Source: Octopus sinensis (Eukaryota). From it: a DNA stretch of 64,000 bases. The notes below the pieces were generated by a model. It was not told the DNA's origin. It saw only the letters and a program-made list of their open reading frames with translations, and did no database searches. Below, piece by piece: positions 13,151-26,645 of the stretch (its first letter is position 1; each line of letters opens with the position of its first letter). The position numbers and the translations under genes were made by a program. The DNA lies in contig NC_042997.1 of NCBI RefSeq assembly GCF_006345805.1, positions 31,186,001-31,250,000 on the forward strand, given 5' to 3'.

Positions 13151-14389
13151 GTGCACTTCATATATCCAGGCGTTTTTATTTCGTTATTATTATGTTTTTT
13201 CCTAATATAGGTGATCTGTGGAAGTTGTCTCTGTTTAATATATGCATTACACTGTGTAATAGGGTTTTTGTCCATGTGTAGCAACTGCTATTTCTAATTT
13301 GCCTCCTACGAGAAAGTATGAAAAATGGTTAATATTTCCTTCAAACTTTGCTTTCTTTACATTTATTAAAACCCTAAAGAATTCCTCTCAACACATGGCT
13401 ATGATGCTCTCCGCACGGCACCTACTCATCATCAGAGATGCACATATTGTCAACCACTAACGGTCATGTCCAAGCGGTTAAGGTCAAGTAACTGACAAGC
13501 AAATCTGAGGTATTGAGCAGAATATCGATATTTCTGCTTTAGCAACTGTCTAAAATGTAATGAAAAATAGGTCAGTTTCAAAACATTGATGTCCAGGTTA
13601 TAAAAGCAAAGTTTGAAGGGAATAGTAGTCATCTCCTTTGATTTCTAGATAGAAGCAAATAAAAAATAACACTTACTGATCAAAGACAAAAAAAAATAAA
13701 TTTGTTACTCAGTGTTATTGGTTCATCTAAATATGACATTTACTCACTGACAGTGTACAGCGATTCAAAATGTTCGAGATGTTATATAATACTTCGTCGC
13801 ATCTATATTTATCTATAGCGTTAGTTTTTGTCTTTAGCAAAGATATATGGATTTTTCTGAAATCAACTACAAACGTTAAGCTTTTGTTTAAAGAGCTTCA
13901 AAGCCGCTGTAGACTTCTCGAAATTTTATTCTTTCTGCTAGATTAAAAATATCTATTTTGAGTGGCTGGGATTCTTCTTTTTTCCTGTAGACTTGCTTTT
14001 GTTCGTTACACTCGCTTACTTACATGTCTTGCTGTGTATTTTCGTATTTTTCAAAAGCAAACCTACACCATTATTTTCCTTCTTTTCCTCTCATTTTCGC
14101 CTCTTTCTTTTTCTTTCTCTAATTGGTAAAAAATCACTTCCTCGTCCTCTTTATCCCCAGCTTGTCTTCCCTTATATTGTATGCATCGTTTGTATTTTCA
14201 AACAACAAGATCCTTTCTTTTCTCTTTACTAATTTCACTCAGAAACGTTGGGTCAATCCGATGTTATGCAAAAGACATTTATCCAAGATGCCGCACGACG
14301 GAATTCGACTTAAGGACCTTGTGATTGCAATGCGAACTTCCTAACCATTCCATCATGCTGCGGCAAACACACACACTCACACACACACT

Positions 14390-14420
<31 letters not shown>

Positions 14421-14829
14421 ACTCACACACACACTCACACACACACTCACACACACACTCACACACACTCACACACTCACACACACACACACACACACAC
14501 ACAATTCCAGCACCCACTTCCATTATACTTTAGCTTACTTCTTCATTATTTATCTTAATCTCCCCGTCTTATCCACAGCATCCCGTTCTTCATTGAAAGA
14601 TAGTTGCTTTGCATGATTCCCTTCCCGACTCTGCAATGCTTCCCACTAAGGCAACAGTCTTAGATGACAGTTTCTATGGTGATACATACACACTTCGTAC
14701 CATGCAATTATGCTTACCTGATTGTTTCTTGTGGAAATCTTTGTGAGTTCGGTTAACAAACTGTAGGATTAAATATGACTCGTATTTCTCTCTTCCGCGC
14801 ATTTCTCACCTCTACTTTTATTTCCGAGG

Positions 14830-14883
14830 TCGTCGTCGTTGTCGTCGTCGTTATCATCGTCATCATCATCATCATCATCGTCG

Positions 14884-14936
<53 letters not shown>

Positions 14937-14949
14937 GTCGTCGTCGTCG

Positions 14950-14980
<31 letters not shown>

Positions 14981-15045
14981 CATCATCATCATCATCATCA
15001 TCATCACCACCATCATCATCATCATCATCATTATCACTATCACTT
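14830..15045. repeat. (CAT)n/(CGT)n array
   Basis: Directly visible. Confidence 0.95.
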
Positions 15046-15337
15046 TAATCCTCTTCCTCCTAAACATAACTATCTTCACCCGTTCCTCCTCCTCCCGCTC
15101 CTCTTCCTCCCGCTTTCCCTGCCTCCTCTTCCTCCCCTTCCCTCCTCCCTACGAGGAGCTTGCTCTCCACTGGCATAGCTCTCAGAGTCATTCTGGCACA
15201 CACGGTGCTACACTGCGACAAGAGCTGCATCTTGTGGTAGATTTGATGTACACCAACAATGATAATTCTTGCGTAACAGCAAATGTTTGCCGGCTCAACT
15301 TGCTTATTGTTGTTGGGCACGCACAGTATGGATGGAT

Positions 15338-15848
15338 GGAAGCACTCCGTCGGTTACGACGATGAGGGTTCCGGTTGATCCGAATCAACGGAACAGCCTG
15401 CTCGTGAAATTAACGTGTAAGTGGCTGAGCACTCCACAGACACGTGCACTCTTAACGTAGTTCTCGGGGATATTCAGCGTGACACAGAGAGTGACAAGGC
15501 CGGCCCTTTGAAATACAGGTACAACAGAAACAGGAAGTAAGAGTGAGAGAAAGTTGTGGTGAAAGAGTACAGCAGGGATCACCACCATCCCCTGCCGGAG
15601 CGTCGTGGAGCTTTTAGGTGTTTTCGCTCAATAAACACTCACAACGCCCGGTCTGGGAATCGAAGTAAGAGTGAGAGAAAGTTGTGGTGAAAGAGTACAG
15701 CAGGGATCACCACCATCCCCTGCCGGAGCGTCGTGGAGCTTTTAGGTGTTTTCGCTCAATAAACACTCACAACGCCCGGTCTGGGAATCGAAACCGCGAT
15801 CCTATGACCGCGAGTCCGCTGCCCTAACCACTGGGCCATTGCGCCTCC
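15338..15848 (-). mobile_element. SINE family C with a perfect 128-bp internal tandem duplication
   Basis: Head GGAGGCGCAATGGCCCAGTGGTTAGGGCAG...GGTTTCGATTCCCAG (A/B boxes); 15534-15661 repeated at 15662-15789; unduplicated copy at 39592-39977. Confidence 0.9.
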
Positions 15849-16194
15849 ACACGCACAATATGTCTGGGGCATCGGACCACATAATCGTCGGTCTTGGCTT
15901 CACTGCACATAGATATATAGCAAAATAGTCGCTGCCGGGTTGCTTTTGATCGTACATCTGCTCGTTCAGGCTTCAGCTAGAGCTCAACAACACCAAAGCT
16001 TTTCAGCAACAAAACTTTCTCGAAGCTGTCGACTGAGCCACCGCCTGCTAGAAAGGATGCATGAATTCCACATAAAATTAGGCCCTGCTAAAAGAAGGAC
16101 ACTGGATAATATCTGAAAAATAAAAGACGTGATGGACTCGGTTGGAATATCTTGGGCTGCAGGCTTTTTCGATTAGACCTGACCTAGGGATTTT

Positions 16195-16263
<69 letters not shown>

Positions 16264-17140
16264 CACACCACCACCACCACCACCACCACACCACCACCAC
16301 CACCACCACTACTACCACTACTACTACTACTACTACTACCACTACTATCATCGTTACTATCACAGCCAAATTCATCACAAGCTCTGCCATTGTAACTACA
16401 ACCAAAGTTAACTACTTCGTCGTTCTATTACTGAACACAACCTATAATATCCATCATCTTCATCATCATCCTCACCACGAACCTCCTCTTCCTCCTCCTC
16501 CTCCTCCTCATTATCACCATAAGACCATCGCCATCATCCCCAATAACCACAACCGTCCCTAGTACAACAATCTTCCCTGCAATTTCGCTACAACGCCAAT
16601 AACCACTACCATCGCTACAACGTCCACCACCACCACCGCCATAACAACAACAACAATCATAAGTACCAGACCCCTCTTTAACCACCACCATCGCCATCAT
16701 CATCACCACCATCACAGTAACCACTTCAGGAACACCAGCTACCAAAATCACCACTGCAAACGTTACCACCACCACAACCACCACCAACACCACCAACACC
16801 ACCACCACCACAACCACCAAAACCACCACCATTTCCACCACTACTACCACCATCACCACCACAACAACAAAAAACACCAACACTGACCCTCACCACCACC
16901 ACCATCATAAGCATCATCTCTCACCACCACCATCATCATCATCATCATCATCACCAACATCCCAACAACCACCTCAGGAACACCAACCACCAAAATCACC
17001 ACTGCAAACATTACCACCACACCACCACCACCACCACAACCTTCGCTACAACCTTCATTAGCAGCAGCAGCACCACCACCACCACCACCACCACCACCAA
17101 CAGCAACGAAACCATCGCCATCGCCGCCACTAATCACCCT
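16195..17140. repeat. (ACT)n/(ACC)n low-complexity tract with ~250-bp internal duplication
   Basis: CAGGAACACCA-C-ACCAAAATCACCACTGCAAAC-TTACCACC occurs at ~16727 and ~16975. Confidence 0.85.
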
Positions 17141-17970
17141 TTGTTCCTATACAGCGTTCATGAAAATGGTGGACCAGCGGAAGAGCGGAGATAGTTGCTG
17201 TGTTGCTGTGATGTCATCAGATACTGTGGTATAAACAGCAGATGCGGTAGATGAGAGGATTATAGTATTGAAGTGTAATTAATTGTCAGTTAGAAGTGAG
17301 AAGCATATAATTACGTATAAACGTTTGTGTGGATGTTTTTCGGTGACTCTGCAATTGGCTGTATGTACGTACGCACCAACCTATACGTATGTATGTGGTT
17401 ATGTGCGTGTATATGTATGAGTTTGTGTATGTATGTGTGCGTATGTATATATGTATGTTGTTTGGTTGTAACTATGCATGTATGAGAGTCTGCCTGTCTG
17501 TATGTATATATGTGTCTACTTGTAAGTATGTATGTATGTATGTATGTGTGTATGTATAGCTGTATGTGCGTACGCACGAGTATGTATCTTTGTATGTGTG
17601 CATTTATCTATGTACATATGTCTGGTCGTATGTGTGTATGTATGTATGTATTTTTACATATTTGTATGTATATTTGTGCGTATGTGAGTATATGTGTATG
17701 TATGTAGGTTTATATATATGTTATATATATGTATGTATGTGTATGTATGTAGGTATGGATGCATGTATGCTGTTGTATGTATTAATGTTTGTATATATGT
17801 ATCTATCTGTGGTTATGTTCATAAATATTTACATGTATGCATGTATGTGTGCATATGCGATTGTATGCTTGTATGTATAAATGTATATATATATATATAA
17901 TATATATATATATATAAATAAATGTATATATGCATGTATATATATATATATATATACACACATACACACA

Positions 17971-18240
17971 TACAATAATCCCTGGCGTTACATTCAAAAA
18001 CACCCCGCAATAAGTGAAAATCCGCGAAGTATAAACAGTACTGTGTTTTTACTTATCAATTTATTAATCATTAGGCGTGAAGATGCTTATTTTATCACAG
18101 AAATAATTGAAATCTAGAAAAATATAAATATCTATCGCCCGCAGAAACCCTAGATACAAATTTACATATATTGGCCAGAAAAATCCGCGATGTACGGAGT
18201 GCACGATGGGTGAACCGCGATATGATGAGTGATTACTGTA
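17971..18240. mobile_element. Tigger/pogo-like MITE
   Basis: Ends TACAATAATCCCT...GAGTGATTACTGTA form imperfect CAGTAATCCCTC-type TIRs with TA; internal AAATCCGCGA repeats are typical of Tigger-derived MITEs. Confidence 0.7.
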
Positions 18241-18244
18241 TATA

Positions 18245-18283
<39 letters not shown>

Positions 18284-19154
18284 TATACTCATTTATTCTT
18301 TTATTCTTTCACTCGTTTCAGTCATGCACCTGCGGTCATGCTGGAGCACCACCGTGGGTTTTCTGACGTCTCTGTGTGTGTAAGCACACTTTTATGCCTG
18401 TGCTTGTGTAAATGTGTATGCTTGTGTGTATATGTATGTATATTGCTACGTGTGGATATGCATGTCTGTGTTTTTATATACATATATGTATGTTTAAATA
18501 TATGTGTGTGTGTGTGTGTATGTGTGTACCATCATATGTATATCTGTGTGCGTGTGCATTTATTGTACATGGTTGGCACTTCATTTAGTTCGTGATAACA
18601 TCAACAGTTTAATACAAATATCAAAATCTTGATAATACTAAAACTCTTGGGATGTATGTGTGTAACTGAAATGTCTCAGAAATGGTATATTTTTGTCATA
18701 ATTATTCTTACATATTTATTTTCATACTTACCTTCGGCTGTGGAATACAAATTTTGGTGACATTTGGTCCTCTGTTTAAACGATTAAACACACTTTTTCT
18801 TATTTCTTGACGAAAATAAAAATACATGACTTTCGTAACGTCAACACAGATACATAGATAAAGAATACACATACATATAATGGATGTCATGGCCCTCAAT
18901 CAACACAAACACACGTCCGCTATCTGTGACATATACACATAGTCTTCGTGCTCCCTAAGTAGAAAAAATCCAACGACTTTTTGATGTACACAGTATTTTA
19001 ATCATTTAGAAATATTTTTAACTGAATGTGATTTCATCATCCGGAGTTAATTAATTTCCGTAAAATTTTTTATTTATTTTCTTTTGTTCTAAAGTGAAAG
19101 AGAAGAGAAAGTGTAAGATGTATGTACATGTATACGGAATGGACCTGAGTGTGT

Positions 19155-19205
<51 letters not shown>

Positions 19206-19769
19206 AAAAGAGTGAGAGAGTGAGTGAAGGGGTGTGTTGTCATGTATACTTACATAGATCAATACATATGCGTACATCTTTTTTGTATGTATATGTGCAT
19301 GTGTGTGTGAGAGAGAGTGTGTGCGTGAGTGAGTGAACGTGTGTGTTCTCATGTATGTGTAAGTGGTACACTCTCTTTCGTTCTCTCTCTCTCTCTCTCT
19401 CACACACACACGTCCATTTCATATACACGCTCATACATCTTTCACTTTCTAGTCTTTCACTTTAAAACAAAAGTAACAGGTGATTTTCAGGATAAAAATT
19501 GTTAAAAAAAAAGCATCTACTCATATAAATTAATTACTGTTGTTTGGATAGTTCCACTTAAATAACTCCAGAAGTTAGGTTAAATATATATATACGTGTA
19601 TAAGTACCGTGAATTCCCATTCTACAAAATGGCAAACAATTCCGTGAATTCTTTACTGGGCAACCGCTGGGTAGTAAGTTTAGTAATATATATACATACA
19701 TACATATTATATTATATTAATATATATTATATTATATAGATATATATATATATATACTTATATATATAT

Positions 19770-19802
<33 letters not shown>

Positions 19803-19803
19803 C

Positions 19804-19838
<35 letters not shown>

Positions 19839-19934
19839 CATATATATATATAGATATTGATATTAGTTCATACACACCCACGCACATGAATACGCACACG
19901 TACACCTCATACGCACGTCGTTGTCCGAATCCAA

Positions 19935-20015
19935 CTATAGACAAACAAACAAAGAAACAACCAAACAAACAAACACGACTAAAACAATACCTCCGCCTGC
20001 GCAAAGGCGGAAATA
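19935..20015 (-). mobile_element. Helentron/HINE-like terminal fragment
   Basis: Minus strand TTATTTCCGCC-TTTGCGCA-GGCGGAGGTATTGTTTT followed by (GTTT)n: short palindrome plus GTTT/GTCT microsatellite, as in DINE/HINE-type elements. Confidence 0.5.
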
Positions 20016-20324
20016 ATAAGTAGAAGAATACAAATATATAAAAAAAAAGACAGTCAAGGGAGGTAACTGCAACACAATCACATCACAATGAGCGCATATT
20101 TTCGAGGAATTTCTAGTGACCGAGAAAAGCATCCAAATGCTAGTGATTGCTACGTGTATAAGGAATTTATCTTGTGATAACTTTGTTGGTCACCAGTTAT
20201 TATTAAACGTAATTCATCATCGAAGCCTATGGAGAGGCTGAATACAATGACTGATGACAAAATTCCAATTTAGCCATTCATTTAACAAGCATTTCATTTT
20301 TCATTTGTAATTTTGTTTCTCACT

Positions 20325-21042
20325 ACTCCCATGCTGGAGCATTGCTTTGAAAAAACTTCGGCCATGCTGGGGCACCGCCTTGAAGAAATTTTAGTCGAAT
20401 GAATTGACTACAATACTTTATTTTTTAAAGCCTGGTACTTTTCCTATCGATCGCTTTGCCGAACCTCTAAGTTACGGAGACTTAAACACGCCAACATCGG
20501 TCGTCAAGCAGTGGTGGAGGACAAACATAGACACAAAGGCATACACGCATATATATATATATATATATGTATATGTGTGTATTTGTATTTGTATTTGTGT
20601 GTGTGTATATTTGTGTGTGTCTGTGTATGTGCGCGTGTGTGTGTTTAAATATATATATATACATATATACGACGAGCTTCTTTCAGTTTCTTATTTCTTT
20701 ATTGCCCACAAGGGGCTAAACACAGAGGGGACAAACAAGGACAGCGCGTAACTGGTACTTAATTTATCGACACCGAAAGGATGAAAGGCAAAGTCGACCT
20801 CGGTGGAATATGAACTTAGAACGTAACAACAAATGAAATACTGCTAAGCATCTCACCCGGCGTGCTGACGTTTCTACCAGCTCGCCGCCCTCTTTCGGTT
20901 TCTGCCTACCAAATCTATTTACAAGGTTTTGGTCGGCCCGAGGATATAGGAGAAGACACTTGCCCCAGGTACCACGCAGTGGGACTGAACTCGGAACCAT
21001 GTGACTGGGAAACAATCTTCTTACCACGCAGCCATGCCTGCG
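20325..21042 (-). mobile_element. SINE B interrupted by a SINE A insertion (20691-20890)
   Basis: B halves rejoin across the insertion; ~12-bp TSD TCTTTCAGTTTC / TCTTTCGGTTTC. Confidence 0.85.
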
Positions 21043-21074
<32 letters not shown>

Positions 21075-22672
21075 TTGAGAAAAAATTCTAGCAAACCGAA
21101 ATATGAACGAGTGAAAATTAATATGAAGTGCAGTAGTGAAAATTATATTTCATACTACAGGTAATGGTGAAGAAGGAACCGAAACAGAGAATTTGCAAGA
21201 GAACAAGCGAAGAAATTGGCAGCAATAAATTGGTATATCATTACTAAAAATTTCTCCCCGCCTTCCACTTACTCCATTCCGTTTGTCTCTATTTCAATTT
21301 CCCCACCCCCACCCCCCACCATCCCCTCTTCTATCTCCGCTTCTCTTTTAGACTCATTTTATTCTGTTTAGTTGTCCACAAATGGCTCTTTTCTCCTTCA
21401 TCAGTTCAAACCAGATAAGCGACCACAGCGGTACAAGAAGATGGATACAAAGCTAGTTGAGTTGAGAAGAGCCTAATTGATACGTCTGCTACTGCTCAAG
21501 TCTTAAGATTGCCGTTTCCATTGTAGCAATACTTCGCCGCCAAATCGCAGGAATGAATTCATCAAACGGCGCTACTCTATTATTATCGCGTGGTTAAAGT
21601 TGACGAGCGAGATCAGAATAAAATCATGGCGGTCCTCCTTATTCTAGCACATTCTTTCCATAATATTCTCCACTCTCGTTTTTCTTTCCCCAATTATTCT
21701 TTCCCCTATTCGCCTTCTTCCTCTTCTTCGTTCTCTCTTTCGTTCTTCTTACTTTCTTTCTTCCTTTCTTTCATTTTTCGACCGTTCTTTCTCTTTCTCC
21801 CCCCCCTAACTCCTTTTTCTCTTTTATTCTCTTACTCTTGCGCACTCTCTTGTATGAATGTACGAATGTATGGTATATTTTGCATGTATGTATGTATATA
21901 TGCATGTATGTATACATGTATGTTAGCATGGGCGTATGCACACATACACACAACAACACACAACTTTGCTTATATTTCTCGCTAAATTTCTACAAGTTCT
22001 CGCTCTTCGTAAGATCTATTTTTCATGCTTCTTTTGCCTTCTTTTTTTTCTTCCTTCCTTTCTTTCTGTCTTTCTTTCTTTCTTTGTTTGTTTCTTTCTT
22101 TCCTTTCTTCTGTCGGATTTTCTTTCTTCTTTCTTTAAAATTTTGATCTATGGCTCTCTCGTTTTCTCGTGTTCTTTCAAATACACATTATTTTCTCTCT
22201 CTTACATCTTTCTCATTTTCATTCTTCTGTCTCTTGTTTTTTTCTGTTGGAAAACAAAGATATACCATTTTCATACATGCATACATACATACATACATAC
22301 ATACATACATACTTACATACATGCATACATACTTACATACATACATACATACAAAAATTACATACATACATACATACAAACATGCATACATGCATGCTTG
22401 CATGCATGCATACATACATAAATACATACATACATATATACATACATACATACATACATACATACATACATGCATATCTGTTTGTCTGTCTATCTATCTA
22501 TCTATCTATCTATCTGTCTATCCACCTAATCTTTCTATCCGGATGTCTGTTGAGTTGTATGTATGGATTTATATATATATATATATATATAATAATAAAT
22601 ATTAGGGAATAAATCCAAATTTACAGGGAAAAAATCAGATTTAGGATTAAATCCAATTTTATAGTAAAATAT

Positions 22673-23007
22673 TATAAAATATTATTAGAGACAAAACCAC
22701 TATTTTGCAAACAAACAAGGAAAGACTTAATCAATACATAAAATTTTAATAAATAGTCAAAAAAACCGCCACTACAATCGTTTCTTGTCTTGATCGACAA
22801 TCTTCAGGTGGACTTCCAATAATTCAGTGTCAAATATGAAGTCATAATTTGACACTGAATTATTGGAAGTCCACCTGAGATTGTCGAATCAAGACAATAA
22901 ACGATGTAGTGGCGGTTTTTTTGACTATTTATTAAATTTATATGTATTGATTAAGTCTTTCCTTGTTTGTTTTGCAAATAGTGGTTTGTCTCTAATAATA
23001 TTTTATA
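22673..23007. repeat. 335-bp fold-back (inverted repeat), arms ~165 bp, almost no spacer
   Basis: Arms are reverse complements with few mismatches/indels, centred on TCAAATATGA-AG-TCATAATTTGA (~22840). Confidence 0.95.
22769..22811 (-). ncRNA. Minimal type I hammerhead ribozyme motif
   Basis: 5'-CCAC CUGAAGA UUGUC-gaucaa-GACAA GAAAC gauu GUA^GUGG-3': complete core, 4-bp stem I, 5-bp stem II, minimal stem III, GUA triplet. Activity untested. Confidence 0.75.
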
Positions 23008-23131
23008 TATATATATATAATATATATCATACCCCACCATACATACATACACATATATATATACTCTCTATACACATGTACATACAAATAAACATACGTA
23101 TATATATATGTGCATATACATATGTACATGC

Positions 23132-23189
<58 letters not shown>

Positions 23190-23200
23190 CCAACATATAT

Positions 23201-23234
<34 letters not shown>

Positions 23235-23767
23235 ATATATATATCTTATGCGTTTGGTGTAACACAATCATTCCTTCGTCTCAGTATATTCTGCCCCATT
23301 CACACATCATCTCGAAGGCCCATAGCAACATCTCACAGCCCTTATCTCTTTAAATCCCTTCTTCCTTCCCTTCCCTTCCCTTCTAAATTGTTCTGCTAAT
23401 CTTCTGCCCACCCATTGTCATTATTGTCATTGTTCTGCCACATTTAAATACTATTTTGGAGAAAACAATAGATTTACAACAACTCTTTTGCTTCTTTCAG
23501 GAAGACTAAAAGATCATTTTTTTCTCTCCAAATAACATTAACATGATTTCCGTTCTTCTTGTTGCAGTTAATTCATGTATATTTAGGCATATACATCCAT
23601 CCATCCATCCATCCATCCATCCATCCATCCATCATCCATCCATCCATCCATCCACCTACCCTACATCCACCCATCCATCCATTCATCCATCAATGCACCC
23701 ACCTATGCATACATACATCCATACATACATACATAAATACATACATACATACATACATACATACATT

Positions 23768-24060
23768 ATGGCTGATCCCTCGTTATCGAGTATGGCCATT
23801 GCACGAAGCTTATCTGTTACTGGTGCTTGATCGAATGTGACTTTCTAGCCCAGCTAAAGATCTATAATGTCTTGTACAAAATTGGCAACTAAAACCTTTA
23901 CTGGTAATAGCCGGCTGTAGTTGTAACTGGGCTTCAAGTACCTTTGCATGTCGTTTAAGTACTCCTGCCGAATTACACTCTCTTCCACATGCCCGACAGA
24001 TATGATTAGTATGGTGTGTTACACCACCACCAGTGGCCAGGTTGTCACTCATCTGTCTCG
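23768..24060 (-). mobile_element. 3' terminus of RTE-like LINE with two C2H2-like knuckles
   Basis: HICRACGRECNSAGVLKRHAK and [22 protein letters not shown], followed by a short UTR ending CGAGGGATCAGCCAT and (TATG)n. Confidence 0.7.
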
Positions 24061-24169
24061 TTTTATGACTACATACATACATACATACATACATACATAC
24101 ATACATCAAAATGTTCACTCGTATGCACGTATACATATATACACACACAAAAACTCAGGCACTCATGCA

Positions 24170-24222
<53 letters not shown>

Positions 24223-24354
24223 GTGTGTGTTTGTCAAAGTAACAAACAAGATTTGGTTCATCCGTAGGAAGAAAATCGTACAGAAAAGACCACGGTAACC
24301 TCAAGCAAGGAGGAAATAAACACAATAGAGCAAAGTGTTCTCTCTTCTCTCTCT

Positions 24355-26645
24355 CTTTTACGATTTACAGGATCATGCTCAAAGTGGTTTCGTCACTCGC
24401 ACGCACCATCTTTGCTACATTCACCCACCTTTTTTTGAAACTTTCACGAGACAAAACTTGCCTCTCCATTCTCACCTTCCTTTTCAAGTGGTACATGAAA
24501 AAGTTGATGAGCGATTGGCCAGAGAGGTAAGTGTTTTTCTCTAATCCTTTCGCTCGAGTCCACCACACACATGAAGACTGCCTTGCCTTCTCGGTTGAGG
24601 GAAGATGGCGGTGCAATTTTCCCGATAGACTCGGCCGACAGGCGGACTAGTCCCACACGTGACAGCAGCCGTTCGGCATAAGCCCACAGGTCAGAAATGG
24701 ATGGACACTGCACGAGTGCGTGCAGAACGGTTTCGTCGCTCTGACCGCATCTCGGGCAAGTCGGTCCAGTGTGTCTCGAACCGTGCCTGTAGAGTTTATC
24801 CCGAACAAGTAATGCTTCTCGATAGCACTGCCAGGCCAGGGATCTTTGGTGATTGTCCATAGGTCCCAACCCGAAAGTTGTCCTGAACAGGCGGGTCAGG
24901 TGTCTCTCGTCGACACCCAGATTCTACCCGAGAACGTCGTCGCACCTCCCCTTCTCTAATCCTCTATAGAACGCCTTTGTTGTAATGAAGTCGCACACAT
25001 TTGGTCCCGGACGGCAGAGTTGCTTGAGAGCAACGCGACACTCGCGGTGCCATTCGCCTAGCCTCGGTCTCTGATCCACGATTGTAGTTCGGCCAAGGAG
25101 ACGAGCTGCGGGAGAGCGTGTCGCACAACAGGCGGCCACACCTGTTCACCATCGTCTATGAAGCGCCGGAGATGTCGCAGTCTCAGCGCATGTCTGCACA
25201 TCAACAACCACGGCATGCCTAGCCCTCCATTTAGCGGGTGTTGACAGCAAATGGATCGCCTAACCATCGGAATGCTTCCCTTCCACAGGAAGCAGAAGAG
25301 TATGCGTTCCTGTTTGGTGATGGTAGGGTCGGAACAAGACACGACGGACAGGCGGTACTCGATGACGGATGCGATGTACGCGTTCGCCACCTCCGCCCGA
25401 CCTTTTAGAGATAGCTACCTCTCAGCCCATTGCTGGGTGAGACTGGCCACCCTAGTCATTATTTCGTCCCAGTTCTTCTCCATTTGGAGGTCCGGACCGA
25501 ACCAGACTCCCAGCAATTTAACCGGTCCGTCGGTCCAGTGTCCCACGATGGAGACGCTGCTGGACGGCATGGGCTTGCTTCTCCAGGTGCCGAGCCGCAA
25601 GCCCACTGACTTTTCCCGGTTGATTTTTGCTCCCGTTACTGCTTCGTATTCTTTTACTGTCTCGCTGACCAGGTCGATGTGCTTGTGGCTCGACACTATG
25701 ATGGTGACGTCGTCCGCGTATGCAGACACGCTCCTCCCGCATCCCAGCTCTCGTAGAATACCCCTCAGCATCGCCAGTTTCCGCAGTAATGGCTCAAGAG
25801 TCAATACATACAGAAGCGATGAGAGGGGGCATCCTTGACGAACCGAACGCATGATGTTAAAAGGTCTGGAAAGATGACCATTTACGCGAACTACCGAGCG
25901 GATGCCGCTGTATAAGGCAGCGATCCAACCGCGGAAGAGGGGACGAAACCAAAGCCAGCCGCTTTAAGGACAGCCTCAAGTAGTGATGGTCTACTCTATC
26001 GAAGGCTTTTGATTGATCCAGATTGATCAGCGCCCCACCCATGCCAGGATCCTTAACTAACCTGTCTATGATGTAGCGCATCAGATGGAGCTTCTCATGG
26101 ATACTCCTACCCGGCACAGCGCACGTTTGCGCCTTGTCGATTAGTTTCTCGATGACAAGCGCCAACCTCTCGGCTAACACCTTGGCCAAAATTTTCAAAT
26201 CTGCGTTGAGCAGAGTGATGGGCCTGAAATGATCTATGATGTCCCCTTTGTTTGGATCTTTCTTTAGCAGTGCCACTGCTCCTTGCTTTACAAAGGCGGA
26301 GATACTCCCTTTTTGCTGCCAGTTGCAATAGATAGCCGCCAAGACGCCTCCAAACAAGTCTGGCATATGACAATAAAGTTCGTAGGGCAGACCATCCAAG
26401 CATGGTGACTTGTCTCTCGCGCAGCCTGCCATCGAATCCCGTACGTCTGCGGCTGTGATGGGTTTTTCACAACACTCCGCCTCTCTGGCTGAGAGTCGTG
26501 GTAGGGCATGCAGGTAGGCACTACAGTCCACTCTGCGTTCTGACCCACCACTTGTCCCAAACAGTTGGGTAAAGTGTTGTTGAAAAGCCTCACACATCCT
26601 TTCAGGCTCGAGTAATTCGCGCCCCTGTTCATCTGTAAGTGATCC
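24355..26645 (-). mobile_element. 5'-truncated Tx1/L1-clade LINE ORF2 (RT + C-terminal zinc knuckle), frameshifted
   Basis: KSPCLDGLPYELY, FRPITLLNADLKILAKVL, LDQSKAFDRVDH, VRQGCPLS, SAYADDV, CPRCGQSDETVLHALVQCP; stop at 24365; split over several ORFs. Confidence 0.95.

Noticed and set aside
13743-13856. Open minus-strand segment with GTGAGT donor (KIHISLLKTKTNAIDKYRCDEV...)
   Set aside because: It is phase-incompatible with the neighbouring exon candidate and has no recognisable homology.
15770-15848. tRNA-like sequences with A/B boxes (also at other SINE heads)
   Set aside because: They continue into SINE bodies and lack a complete acceptor stem, so they are SINE heads rather than tRNA genes.
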